From an uncultured archaeon (GTDB lineage: Archaea; Asgardarchaeota; Lokiarchaeia; Sigyniarchaeales; Promethearchaeaceae), in NCBI GenBank assembly GCA_964426185.1, contig CAYRPF010000001.1, positions 62,328-94,327 on the forward strand: a stretch of DNA of 32,000 nucleotides, written 5' to 3'. Shown piece by piece: positions 8,771 to 18,568 of the stretch. The notes below the pieces were generated by a model. That model saw nothing but the letters and a program-made list of their open reading frames with translations. It searched no databases and was not told where the DNA came from. Every line of letters starts with the position of its first letter. Position 1 is the first letter of the stretch. A program made the position numbers and the translations under genes.

Positions 8771-11700
8771 AATTTTTTCCTTTCTTGGACACTCCAGCGA
8801 TTTTGGAAGAAATTTTCCAAGGTAGTTAGGTTTTCTATTGGATTGGGTAAATTTATGAAGATTTTAGGTTTATTTATTTTTTTCTTTAACTCTGGAAGAA
8901 TGACATCTTGAAGATTTTTGCGATCATCATTCAATTTATTTTCTGAGATACTACGCCAAATAATCGCAATTTCTTTCACTTCTTCTCCCAAATTCATCTT
9001 TCCCTTTAACAGATAGTATTGAATATTTTTCAGTGCTTGCTGGTCTCTTTGAACGGATCGGATCCCCAAATTCCAGAGAAAGGTTTCGATTAAATCGATA
9101 TTCTTCAATGATGAAACTCTGGAATTATAGGTATATAAGGAATATTTCAGGCTTTTTTTCTCTTGAGATGGAATTTTCGGGCTGAATTGAATGTTTTCTT
9201 TGGTATTTTGGAGTCTATAATGCCAAGGATAATGGGGCTTGTTCTGAGATTTATTCTGGGATTTATTCTGAATATTTTGAATGATTGAGTTTTCTAAATT
9301 ATACAAGTCAAAATCCGAAAGATAATTGTTGTTTGCTGAAGTAATTTGAGTGAAATCTCTGGAATAAAACTGTGTATTCAAAATAGTATCGTCAAATTGT
9401 TCTAAAGTTAAATATTGAATTATTTTAGATATTTTTCCCTTTTTAGGTGCAACTGGTTTGCCTTCATTCCAAATTTGAGAATAGATCAATTTTTTAATCC
9501 TAGGCAGAATCACCCGTGTGCACAGATCACTTGATTCCACCAAGATAAACTTACGGTTACCTTGATCTTTTAAATTAAGATTAAAAACTGCTTGAGCCGT
9601 CGTTCCAGAACCTGCAAACGGGTCGAATATTATCCCAGATTTGGGAGAACCTATCCTAATACATTTTTCAATCAGAGCCACTGGTTTAGGGTGATCAAAT
9701 ATTGGCTTTTGGAAAAGCTGTCGAATATCAATGGTTCCTGCTTCAGTACGCACCTCTGGGTCGCTCCAGATTGTTTTTGCTTTTGAAGAATGTTTTCGAT
9801 GTTTTTCATATATATTCCAGCCTCCATTTCGTTTCTGGCGGGCCACTAAATCACTTTCAACAGGATTCTTGGGATTTAGATGTTTAATTGCTTTATTTTT
9901 GGACCATCGCCAGCAATCATCAATATTCTTACTTGTTCGAGGTAAAACTGCAATTGTATGAGATTTAGTCGGTTCTAAAGAAACTGCACAAAAACCATCA
10001 GAATCTTGGGTTTGAGGATCTACATAAAATGGATAGAATAAATTTGGGCGATTTGTCCGATTAAATTTTGGATTCCGGTTCCTTAATTCTCGGATGGTAT
10101 ATTTACCTTGTTTATCTTTATAGATCGTTCCATTAGGATCGGCCGGGATTTCAAAGAACTTGGCTTGTTTTCCCTTTATGGAACCAACGATGATGTATTC
10201 GTGCGTTTTTGCCAAGGGTAAATAATCTCTGCCTCCCTTGTTAATTTGAACCACAATAGGACCAAATAATGTCGATTTGCTCCATTTTTCTCTAATTCGC
10301 AAATCGAGTTTTGAGTATTCGTTATCATCAATGGAAATAAAAAAGTTAAGATTCTCGGAGCCAAGTTGGGGAAAATAATCTAAAATTTCATCTATCATGT
10401 GAATCCAATCTGATTCATGATGAACATCGTGATAGGTAAATTCTTGCCCTCCTGTATTATAAGGGGGGTCGGTGTAGATGCAATCAATTTGATGAGCAAA
10501 TTTCGGCATTAAAAAGGGGAGTGCCTTGCGATTATCGCTTTGAATAATCCATCCCACAGTGTAAGACTCTATTTGAGATATAGTTGACAACAGATTTTTT
10601 GTGAATTTATCTGAGAAATGGCGCGTATCTATCATTAAATTTGAATTGTTCTTGAGAATTTCATGCGAGAGAGAATCTGTAGAGATAGAATTTATAGAAA
10701 TTGGATCGGTAAAAATTGGAGTAATTTCAATTAAATCAGGGAAAAGTTCCTTCCATTCAGCAACTTGAGCACGATTGCATAATATTTCAAGATAAAAGGA
10801 TTCGGGAACAAGATCAAGTGAGATACAATAATGATTTTCTAAAATCAAAGGAGGTTTATTGTAAATCTTCCAAATCAAAGCGTTTGTCATGGAAATCACT
10901 GGATAAATCGACGCGATGAATTTATCTAATTTAGGATTCAAAACGCCTTTGCACTTGAAAACCCAGTCAAAATCTTTGAATTCGGAAAAATCACCTATAT
11001 ATTCCCCTATCTTTCCATACATAAAATGGGCAAATTGAGACGGTGTAATTTTTTGGGGATTGAGAATGTAAACTGAAAATGTTGATTCTTTAGTAAAGAT
11101 GGTTAAATGTTGAAGAAGGACTCTGTTTAAATCTTTTTTTTGCGTTACTTCCACAATTCCTGAGTTTTGAATAAATTCTGACCATTTTTCCACAATTTCT
11201 TTAGTAATTTGAAATTGGAAATGAGATCCACGAATTTTTCCCTTTCTATTTTGTTCAAGGGGAATTAAGTTAAGAATAAGCAAAAATGTGTTTTTCTCTT
11301 CAATATAATGAAATGCATGTTGATCTGGCAGTTGGAAATAATATTTTTGTCGCTGTGTGCGATCATTTTGATTTAAATCTCCTGCAACCTTATCTAAAAT
11401 AATTGCAAAATGAAAACTCATCCAAGAAAAGCGGTAATTGTAAAATTTTTTATGAAAATGAACTGAACCTAATTCTTTTTGCGGCCAAACTAAGGAAACT
11501 CTTGCATTATTCTGCGGTGGATCAAATTTACTAAAGAAATTACTCCAGAAAAAAGGATTCTTATGAATTTTGAAAGATTCAATATAAATATCCTGAAAAA
11601 ATTTTTGAAATGAAGGATTTGTCTTAATTTTCAACTTATTTGGCTGAATAAATAATTTTTCCTGGGATAATTCCTTTAATGGCGAGTGTTCTAAATTTTG

Positions 11701-11793
11701 GGAAAGAATCTGGAGAAATAGTCTCGAAAAATAAAAAAAACCTCCAATTGGTGCATAATCATCGAAAAATTTTCCTATTTCCATGCAAAACAC
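8767..11793 (-). CDS. Large type III Mod-like beta-class adenine DNA methyltransferase
   Basis: IYTDPPYNTG (motif IV) precedes HPKPVALI and DPFAGSGTTAQA (motif I). Also FISIDDNE and IDLIETF. Start uncertain. Confidence 0.85.
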   Translation of the reverse strand: MFCMEIGKFFDDYAPIGGFFYFSRLFLQILSQNLEHSPLKELSQEKLFIQPNKLKIKTNPSFQKFFQDIYIESFKIHKNPFFWSNFFSKFDPPQNNARVSLVWPQKELGSVHFHKKFYNYRFSWMSFHFAIILDKVAGDLNQNDRTQRQKYYFQLPDQHAFHYIEEKNTFLLILNLIPLEQNRKGKIRGSHFQFQITKEIVEKWSEFIQNSGIVEVTQKKDLNRVLLQHLTIFTKESTFSVYILNPQKITPSQFAHFMYGKIGEYIGDFSEFKDFDWVFKCKGVLNPKLDKFIASIYPVISMTNALIWKIYNKPPLILENHYCISLDLVPESFYLEILCNRAQVAEWKELFPDLIEITPIFTDPISINSISTDSLSHEILKNNSNLMIDTRHFSDKFTKNLLSTISQIESYTVGWIIQSDNRKALPFLMPKFAHQIDCIYTDPPYNTGGQEFTYHDVHHESDWIHMIDEILDYFPQLGSENLNFFISIDDNEYSKLDLRIREKWSKSTLFGPIVVQINKGGRDYLPLAKTHEYIIVGSIKGKQAKFFEIPADPNGTIYKDKQGKYTIRELRNRNPKFNRTNRPNLFYPFYVDPQTQDSDGFCAVSLEPTKSHTIAVLPRTSKNIDDCWRWSKNKAIKHLNPKNPVESDLVARQKRNGGWNIYEKHRKHSSKAKTIWSDPEVRTEAGTIDIRQLFQKPIFDHPKPVALIEKCIRIGSPKSGIIFDPFAGSGTTAQAVFNLNLKDQGNRKFILVESSDLCTRVILPRIKKLIYSQIWNEGKPVAPKKGKISKIIQYLTLEQFDDTILNTQFYSRDFTQITSANNNYLSDFDLYNLENSIIQNIQNKSQNKSQNKPHYPWHYRLQNTKENIQFSPKIPSQEKKSLKYSLYTYNSRVSSLKNIDLIETFLWNLGIRSVQRDQQALKNIQYYLLKGKMNLGEEVKEIAIIWRSISENKLNDDRKNLQDVILPELKKKINKPKIFINLPNPIENLTTLENFFQNRWSVQERKKF

Positions 11794-11837
11794 TTTAAAT
11801 AATAGGGGAAAAAAGGTCGTTAAGAAAGAAATTGCTT

Positions 11838-12128
11838 TTAGTTCGGCGAAATTACAATTTCCATAGACGATACATTTGAACTCTTTCCATCATCGTTTGT
11901 GAGGTGTTCCGTGGAAATGCGAATGTCCTTGTATTTAGCAGAGGGGAAAAACTTATTTATCAAAATTTCTGCAACATCTACCGCATGAGAAATTGCACGT
12001 CCACGGGCTTTAATTGTGCATTCTGTTCCTCGATTTAAAATTACCATTGCTGCCATAACATAATTCATAGTTGGCCGTTTTCCAATGAAAACCGAATTGT
12101 CCGATGTTTTATCATTATTATTTTGCAT
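11838..12128 (-). CDS. albA: DNA/RNA-binding protein Alba
   Basis: VFIGKRPTMNYV, IKARGRAISHAVDVAE, NVSSMEIVI. Start set at MQNNN (12128). Confidence 0.95.
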   Translation of the reverse strand: MQNNNDKTSDNSVFIGKRPTMNYVMAAMVILNRGTECTIKARGRAISHAVDVAEILINKFFPSAKYKDIRISTEHLTNDDGKSSNVSSMEIVISPN

Positions 12129-12286
12129 AGTCTTGTCACTGTAGTTGTTCAACGTAGAAACGATGTTATCGAATTTTGAAAACATCCAATTAAGAACCAA
12201 TAATTAAATTGGATGTCTATCACAAAGGTAGAAAGCGAGATAAAAAAGGTTTACTGGTGCGAATCATCATTAACAATTTGATGAAG

Positions 12287-13066
12287 TTAATAATAGGGAG
12301 ATGTGTCATCATTTATAATTTGTTGAAGTTTTGCGTAAACTTGGTCTACTCCTTCATTAAATTTAGCTGAAACGGGGAGTAATTCTGAAGTTGCGCCAAA
12401 ATTAATGAATGCTTTTCCCAGTGCAATTGTATATTCTCGGAAGATGCCATGTTCCAGCATTTCAATTGCATCCATTAACGCCAGATCGTCTTCCATCCAA
12501 TTCAAGATTCTCTCTAACTTTTCTGGACTTAGGAGGTCTTTTTTGGTCAATAAGTTTAATTGGGGAAGATTTGCAAATCGGAACTGAACCGAAGCAGATA
12601 ATAATAGGGTAGAAATCACTCCATTTGGTGTTCCGCACAATAAGCTATCATAGCAAAATATAATAGAACGTTGAATAGAACCAAATCCAAGAGCGTTGGC
12701 AATCATTGGGCCTGTATTTCGAAAGGAAAAAAGTTCCATCTGACCCGGAGTATCCACTAAAATAATGTCGGGATCGTTATACTGGTTGATTTCATATTTT
12801 AAATCTTCAACATAATCCACCATTCTGTCTGTTGCTTCAATCATTGCTCCGTTTGGGCCCAAACCCGTTTCTTCAATAACTTGGTTAACCGTAATATAAT
12901 CTTGAATGTCTATATTGGGCTGATACGGAAGTTTTTGAACCGCTGGATCCAGATTAATGGTAATTAGAGAGATTTCTGGATTGTATGTCCCAATATAGTC
13001 TTGGAGGGCTTTCGTTAAGGTTGTTTTTCCACTTCCTGCCGGACCAATTATGTAAAATATATGCAT
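12287..13066 (-). CDS. GPN-loop GTPase
   Basis: GPAGSGKTT, INLDPA, GLGPNGA, DTPGQMELF, TKKD, PVSA. Confidence 0.93.
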   Translation of the reverse strand: MHIFYIIGPAGSGKTTLTKALQDYIGTYNPEISLITINLDPAVQKLPYQPNIDIQDYITVNQVIEETGLGPNGAMIEATDRMVDYVEDLKYEINQYNDPDIILVDTPGQMELFSFRNTGPMIANALGFGSIQRSIIFCYDSLLCGTPNGVISTLLLSASVQFRFANLPQLNLLTKKDLLSPEKLERILNWMEDDLALMDAIEMLEHGIFREYTIALGKAFINFGATSELLPVSAKFNEGVDQVYAKLQQIINDDTSPYY

Positions 13067-13134
13067 TTGTTTCGATTTATAAAATATTGCAGCCCAAAAG
13101 AATATTTCGACTATAATATAATGAAAAGGTATTC

Positions 13135-13629
13135 CTAAGCTACTGGGAGATAAAAACGTCTGACGAGAGAATTCACATAGAGTTGGACAATTTCATAACT
13201 TTGAATTTTCATTACCAAGGTTTGGGCGTCTAGATGAGTGATGATAATCTTAGGGCTAATTGATAAGATAAATTTTTCGGAAATCTTTTTAACTTCAGCG
13301 GGGACACCAGCCACAACCTTAATCTCCACTTCGATCCCTTCAAGGGGAAATTTATGCTTGGGGATAAAAAAAGATTGGAAGAAATCCATTTTATCCATCA
13401 AAGGCTTAGGAATTTCATCCAACATCTCCAACTTTATTGGGGATGCCCGAATCTTAAAAGCTTCAATATCTCGGAAAATAAATAGAAAACCATTGTCAGT
13501 TCCTTCACAATACTGCATGGAGTTCATGTGCTTTTCAAAATATTGATTAAGATAATGAAGAATTTGATCCGAATTGATAAAAATATACTGTAAAAAATCG
13601 GTGATTTGGAGAACGATGCGACTGGACAT
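13135..13629 (-). CDS. Hypothetical protein
   Basis: 164-aa ORF co-oriented with the GPN GTPase and alba; no recognised motif. Confidence 0.6.
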   Translation of the reverse strand: MSSRIVLQITDFLQYIFINSDQILHYLNQYFEKHMNSMQYCEGTDNGFLFIFRDIEAFKIRASPIKLEMLDEIPKPLMDKMDFFQSFFIPKHKFPLEGIEVEIKVVAGVPAEVKKISEKFILSISPKIIITHLDAQTLVMKIQSYEIVQLYVNSLVRRFYLPVA

Positions 13630-13831
13630 AAATTATATTGTTAGTATGCCTTACTAAAAAAGAATTGCTATTACAGATAACAAGCAGTTTATTTTTTCTA
13701 AAGATGAGCTTGAACTTTCATGTGGGCAAAAATTTCTAAATTTCTGATGTTATTTGTAAAATTGAATGCAAAATTTTATTATAGGAATAAGGCACTTATT
13801 GGTAAATACTTGAAAAGAAATTATTCGGAAA

Positions 13832-15181
13832 GTGATCCATATGACTTCGCTAAAAAAATCCCGTTATCGTTTTTCCAAAGCAGAATTAGATGAGTTATTA
13901 TTTAATTACAATCAAATTCCCAGTGTTTTACCCCATAATAAACCCAAATCGGTGCGAATTTGGGATGAAACTCTTCGAGACGGAGAACAAACACCAGGTG
14001 TTTTTTTAACATTGGAAGAAAAGCAAAAAATCGCACAATTTATGGATGAAATCGGAGTAGCGAAAATTGCCGTGGGATTTCCCGCAGTTTCTACACAAGA
14101 ATTAGAAATCGTCAAAACAATCAAATCAATGGGATTAAATCATGCGCAAGTGTTGGGAATATCACGTCCAAGAAATTCCGATATTGATGCCTGTTTGAAA
14201 GCAGATTTGGATGAGATTGTTCTATTTATGCCCATAAGTGATCTCCATTTAAAAATAATGAAAATCACCCAAGATGAACAATTTCGTATTATTGATGGGG
14301 CCTTTGAATATGCCAAATCTCACGGTCTTAAAGCCAATTGGGTTTTTGAGGATGGTTCCCGAGCCCATCCAGATCACTTATTAAGAATCGGTCAGTTAGT
14401 TTTGGATCATCATGCTGCCAGTATGATTTTAGGTGATACGGTTGGAGTTTTACAACCCGAATCAACCGTTTATTTGATGAATCTGCTTCAATCCAACCTC
14501 AAATGGAATAATGCTCCAACCGAATTAGGAATTCATACACATAACGATTTTGGGCAAGCTGTCGCCAATACATGTGCAGCGGTTTATCATGGAGCGACCC
14601 TTCCGCATGTGTGTGTAAACGGATATGGTGAAAGGGCTGGTAATGCCGCATTCGAGGAAGTAGTTATGAATTTAGAAGAAATGGGAGTTGATACAGGTAT
14701 AAAGCTCGAAAAGCTCACTGAATTGTCGCATTTGGTGGAGAAAATATTCGCTCTGCCTTTGTCAGCACACAAACCAATTGTAGGAAGTAATGCTTTCAGT
14801 CATGAGAGCGGTCTCCATATCAATGCCCTGCTATCTCATCCTGCTACCTACGAACCGATAAATCCTGCATGGGTTGGTCAAGAACGGCGTTTATATCTGG
14901 GAAAATTCTCTGGATCGAGTGCTATTGTTAATGCTTTGGAAACCAAATTGAAATTAAGCGATTTACAAATTCCTCGTGAAGTTATTTATAAAATTGTGCA
15001 AGATGTAAAAGACCTACAACAGCAATCTTCTAAAGAGGAAAAAATGAAACTTTTTCTTCAAACCAAGCAATTAGTCGAAAAAATGCGAGCAGGAATAAAT
15101 GATAGCGAATTTTTCCGAATTGCCAAAAAACATGCCGCTAAATACCTAAAAAATACTTGGGCGGATGAAGATCAAGAATAA
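13832..15181 (+). CDS. DRE-TIM acetyl-CoA condensing enzyme (homocitrate / 2-isopropylmalate synthase family)
   Basis: DETLRDGEQTPG, HTHNDFGQAVAN, GYGERAGNAA, AFSHESGLH. No evident LeuA regulatory domain. Start may be the ATG at 13841. Confidence 0.9.
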   Translation: MIHMTSLKKSRYRFSKAELDELLFNYNQIPSVLPHNKPKSVRIWDETLRDGEQTPGVFLTLEEKQKIAQFMDEIGVAKIAVGFPAVSTQELEIVKTIKSMGLNHAQVLGISRPRNSDIDACLKADLDEIVLFMPISDLHLKIMKITQDEQFRIIDGAFEYAKSHGLKANWVFEDGSRAHPDHLLRIGQLVLDHHAASMILGDTVGVLQPESTVYLMNLLQSNLKWNNAPTELGIHTHNDFGQAVANTCAAVYHGATLPHVCVNGYGERAGNAAFEEVVMNLEEMGVDTGIKLEKLTELSHLVEKIFALPLSAHKPIVGSNAFSHESGLHINALLSHPATYEPINPAWVGQERRLYLGKFSGSSAIVNALETKLKLSDLQIPREVIYKIVQDVKDLQQQSSKEEKMKLFLQTKQLVEKMRAGINDSEFFRIAKKHAAKYLKNTWADEDQE

Positions 15182-15384
15182 AATGATTTAGAAAAAAAAA
15201 CCTAATTCGTTCACAAATTGTAGCTTTTAATAAGGGAAAAATTCCGAATATTTTTAGGAAAATGATAACCTATTTAAACGAGGAAATAAGAAACTCTATG
15301 CAAATTTATTTCATCGAGATAGATATATAGATAATCATTTTTTAGACGAAAAATGTGCAATAATTCAAGAATGGGGTAGATGGT

Positions 15385-16812
15385 ATGAAGACAATTTATG
15401 CTCGCTTTGGTTTGGCGGAATATGAGAAATATCATCCTTTAACTAAAGATATTATTATTAAAACTTTTGGCGCCCCTGATAAAGAAATTAAACACGAGCA
15501 ATATTCAGTTCAAATGATATATGAAGATGAAGGTTTGCAATTCTATCATCTCGAGACTAATAAAGATTCTATTTCTGATAAAACTCAGCCCCCTGCAATT
15601 ATTACTTGTGGTTTTTCTATTCCTTTTGAAGGAAAAACTGAAGAAGGAATTATCCTAAATAAAAGCACCATGCGAGATGTAATTCGAATTTTTGGAGAAG
15701 AAACATGGTTAACAACCGATCAATCTCCATATTTTTGGATCCAAGAATCTGGGCTTTCATTTTATGTTAAGAAGGGAGATCTTGCAGAAGAATTTCCTTT
15801 TCAAAAAGATAAACAACTTGATAAAAAAATCATTCGAATTACCGTACCGTTAGTGTATCGAGAAGAAGAAGTTGCAATAAATGAAGAAGGTCAAATCATA
15901 CGAACTATCGATGAATATTGTATTGATGGTACCTTGCATGATCCAATAATCGACGAGGAACACGCAGAAGAAGTTTGCAGCAAATGTGGAATCATTTTGC
16001 GGGATCGAATGATCTCAATGGAATATAGTGGGGAAAGGGCATTTTCCAAAGCAGAACGTGAACGAAGACAAACTCACGGCAGTCCAGTTAATCCTTTAAT
16101 TCCCGATCTTCAAATGGCTACTATGATTGACAAGCATGCATCAATGCCTGAAAATTTGCGAAAAGCCGTTAAATGGGACAGTCGATATTCTTGGAAACAG
16201 AGAAATATGATTCAAGCAACTTCTGAGATAAAACGCATAGGGGAATTGCTTAACCTTCCTCAGCACGTGAAAATTTATGCCATTAAACTGTATCGTCAAG
16301 CTTTTTCCTTGGGCTTGTTGAAAGGACGAAGTATTAGGGCAATGGTCGCGGCTTCTATATACTATGCTTGTGGGGCTGAAAAAATACCTCGTACTTTACA
16401 AAATATCGTTAAGGTTTCCGATTCTACGTTTCATCAAATTACTAAATGCTATCAGTCTTTAATAAAAGAGTTAAATTTACCGAGTCCGTCAATTAGCCCA
16501 AAGAATTTATTGTCATCTTATGTTTCTCTTCTTCATCTTCCCCATAATGTAGAGATAAATGCTGGACGAATATTAGATCGTTATGAAAAGATTTATTCAC
16601 TATCTGGGAAAGATCCCAAAGGTCTCGTTGCAGCAGCGCTTTATATTGCCAGTCAATTAAATAAAATAAAGATTTCTCAGACAAAAATCTCTCGAACAGT
16701 TGGTATTACTGAGGTGACCCTTAGAAACAGATTACGTGAAATGCAAAAGTTTGTAAAGAGTAAGAAACGCAAGAAAACTTCAGAAAAAGTTTCAAAAAAA
16801 GGGGATAAATAA
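15385..16812 (+). CDS. tfb: Transcription initiation factor IIB (TFB) with ~170-aa N-terminal extra domain
   Basis: Zn ribbon ..VCSKCGIIL, B-reader-like ERAFS, cyclin repeats KGRSIRAMVAASIYYAC..PRTL and GKDPKGLVAAALYIA..ITEVTLRNR. Confidence 0.9.
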   Translation: MKTIYARFGLAEYEKYHPLTKDIIIKTFGAPDKEIKHEQYSVQMIYEDEGLQFYHLETNKDSISDKTQPPAIITCGFSIPFEGKTEEGIILNKSTMRDVIRIFGEETWLTTDQSPYFWIQESGLSFYVKKGDLAEEFPFQKDKQLDKKIIRITVPLVYREEEVAINEEGQIIRTIDEYCIDGTLHDPIIDEEHAEEVCSKCGIILRDRMISMEYSGERAFSKAERERRQTHGSPVNPLIPDLQMATMIDKHASMPENLRKAVKWDSRYSWKQRNMIQATSEIKRIGELLNLPQHVKIYAIKLYRQAFSLGLLKGRSIRAMVAASIYYACGAEKIPRTLQNIVKVSDSTFHQITKCYQSLIKELNLPSPSISPKNLLSSYVSLLHLPHNVEINAGRILDRYEKIYSLSGKDPKGLVAAALYIASQLNKIKISQTKISRTVGITEVTLRNRLREMQKFVKSKKRKKTSEKVSKKGDK

Positions 16813-16842
16813 ATATTGGTGAGTTTGTTAATTTATCAAATG

Positions 16843-17097
16843 TTATTGCTCAAAACCAATAAATACTATAGAATCTCCACGTAAAACTAGTTTATTGAAG
16901 TTTTCTGTTTTTTCCAATAAGTTTTCTTCATTTTCTGGGTCACGTTCAAAATATTTGTAGGTTACGTCTTCGAGCAAGACATTTAAGTGGGCATTAAACG
17001 ATTTTAAGATGCCGATAAATGTTTTGCTCCGTTTGCATTTGATGGTTATCCGTTTTCCAAGGGATTCTCCTAAAGTTTGAATTGGATCATGAGGCAT
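16843..17097 (-). CDS. Sm-like (LSm/SmAP) RNA-binding protein
   Basis: Sm1 GILKSFNAHLNVLLEDV and Sm2 LVLRGDSIVFI. Confidence 0.9.
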   Translation of the reverse strand: MPHDPIQTLGESLGKRITIKCKRSKTFIGILKSFNAHLNVLLEDVTYKYFERDPENEENLLEKTENFNKLVLRGDSIVFIGFEQ

Positions 17098-17182
17098 AGT
17101 GAACTATTTCCTTTTAATTAAATCGTATATACACAAAATAAAGTACATTTTTCCATAAAAATTCTTCTTAATCAAAAAATTT

Positions 17183-18451
17183 TCACCACATTTTTTGACG
17201 ATAACCACATTTTGGACATTCAATCTCAGCACCTTGCGGTGGGAACGAATTTAAAATATTTTGACAGCTAACACAATTCAAATCTACTAATTTATATGTT
17301 TCTGGCAGAAATTTGCGATTAATCAGGTGCTTTTGAAAATCTATAACCAAATTGTGAATAAGAGTTGATACTAAATCTTTATTTTTACTAGCCACATACA
17401 AGGCGAAGAATCCATTTTTGATTTGAGGTATTGCCAGAATTTGTAAAGATTCATTGTCTTTGGTTATTGAACCCAAATAGAACCACATAGGAGCGGGATT
17501 ATCGTTTTTTATGATACTCATAAAGTGATATATCTCTAAAATTTCTTCAAAAATTTTCATGATATCATGTTCACATTTGAGATCGGGGCAACCTACGCCT
17601 TGCATTCTTTTGAAAAACTCAGGATTTCGCATTATCGACTTTATTAAGTTAATGTCTCCTTTTAAAGGTGTAATTTCAGGAATATTGAAATCGACATTGA
17701 TTTCTTCCATTCTGATCAATCGCATCGTAAGATTATTATTTCTAAATTGGAAAAATCCTCGAATGGAAAATTTACGATCATGAATGTCAGAAACGTATAA
17801 TCTAAGTGTTTTTGCCGATTTTGCAGGGAGATCGTTAATACCAATGATGATTTCACCGGAGTTATCTTCATACGAATATTCATTAAATTGAGGTCTAATG
17901 GTTAATCCCTCATCATATTTTAAACGGAGTTTTCCTTCAGTAGCAGGAAAATCGGAATTATTTTGTATGCCAATTAAGATAACCGTTCTAATCCCAATTA
18001 TTTTTACATTCAATTCAACTGTGATTAAATCTTTTTGATCAATTTCCCGATGTTTAGATGTCACAATTTCCATAGGTTGAGTCTTTTTTTCTGCCATTTC
18101 CGCCATTAAAGATTTTAAATTTTCAACCCTAGGAGTTTCTTTTTGAGTTATACCTAATACTTCAAATTGTTCTAAATCCCAATCCAGTATATCTTCTAAC
18201 GTCAGATTTTTTTTTTGGATTTCATCCATTGAAAATTGTAGATAAGTTCTACCGTCTGGATAATGCTTAATTTTACCAAATACCTTGTTATCGTTGTATA
18301 AACGGATTATCACTTCTCGAACTTGAAAATCGTCTAGTGAAAATTCAGATTTAATTTTATTTATATCTAGTTTATCATTATTGAGCATTTTTTTTACAAT
18401 GAAAGTTGTAATTTTTTGTAAATCGAAATTTTTGTTAATTTGGCCGCTCAA
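17183..18451 (-). CDS. Hypothetical protein: wHTH/PCI-like N-terminus, adaptin/COP appendage-like domains, C-terminal Zn ribbon
   Basis: 422-aa ORF (TTG start). Beta-rich IQNNSDFP...DLPAKSAKT region, alpha/beta region ending LYVASKNKDLVSTLIHNL, then CVSC...CPKC. Confidence 0.6.
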   Translation of the reverse strand: MSGQINKNFDLQKITTFIVKKMLNNDKLDINKIKSEFSLDDFQVREVIIRLYNDNKVFGKIKHYPDGRTYLQFSMDEIQKKNLTLEDILDWDLEQFEVLGITQKETPRVENLKSLMAEMAEKKTQPMEIVTSKHREIDQKDLITVELNVKIIGIRTVILIGIQNNSDFPATEGKLRLKYDEGLTIRPQFNEYSYEDNSGEIIIGINDLPAKSAKTLRLYVSDIHDRKFSIRGFFQFRNNNLTMRLIRMEEINVDFNIPEITPLKGDINLIKSIMRNPEFFKRMQGVGCPDLKCEHDIMKIFEEILEIYHFMSIIKNDNPAPMWFYLGSITKDNESLQILAIPQIKNGFFALYVASKNKDLVSTLIHNLVIDFQKHLINRKFLPETYKLVDLNCVSCQNILNSFPPQGAEIECPKCGYRQKMW

Positions 18452-18568
18452 AAAAGTTCCCCTTTTTTAATTTATTTATACAAAAAAGTATTCCCTTCCT
18501 CCTTATTACTTTTGCTCTTTGGAAACGAAAAATTTTTTTAGACGTTATGTTTAATTGTACATATCGAC

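Noticed and set aside
9237-9272. Imperfect 12-bp repeats (QNKS QNKS QNKP) in the Mod-like gene as a phase-variation tract
   Set aside because: The unit is a multiple of 3, degenerate and only about three copies, so it cannot switch frame.
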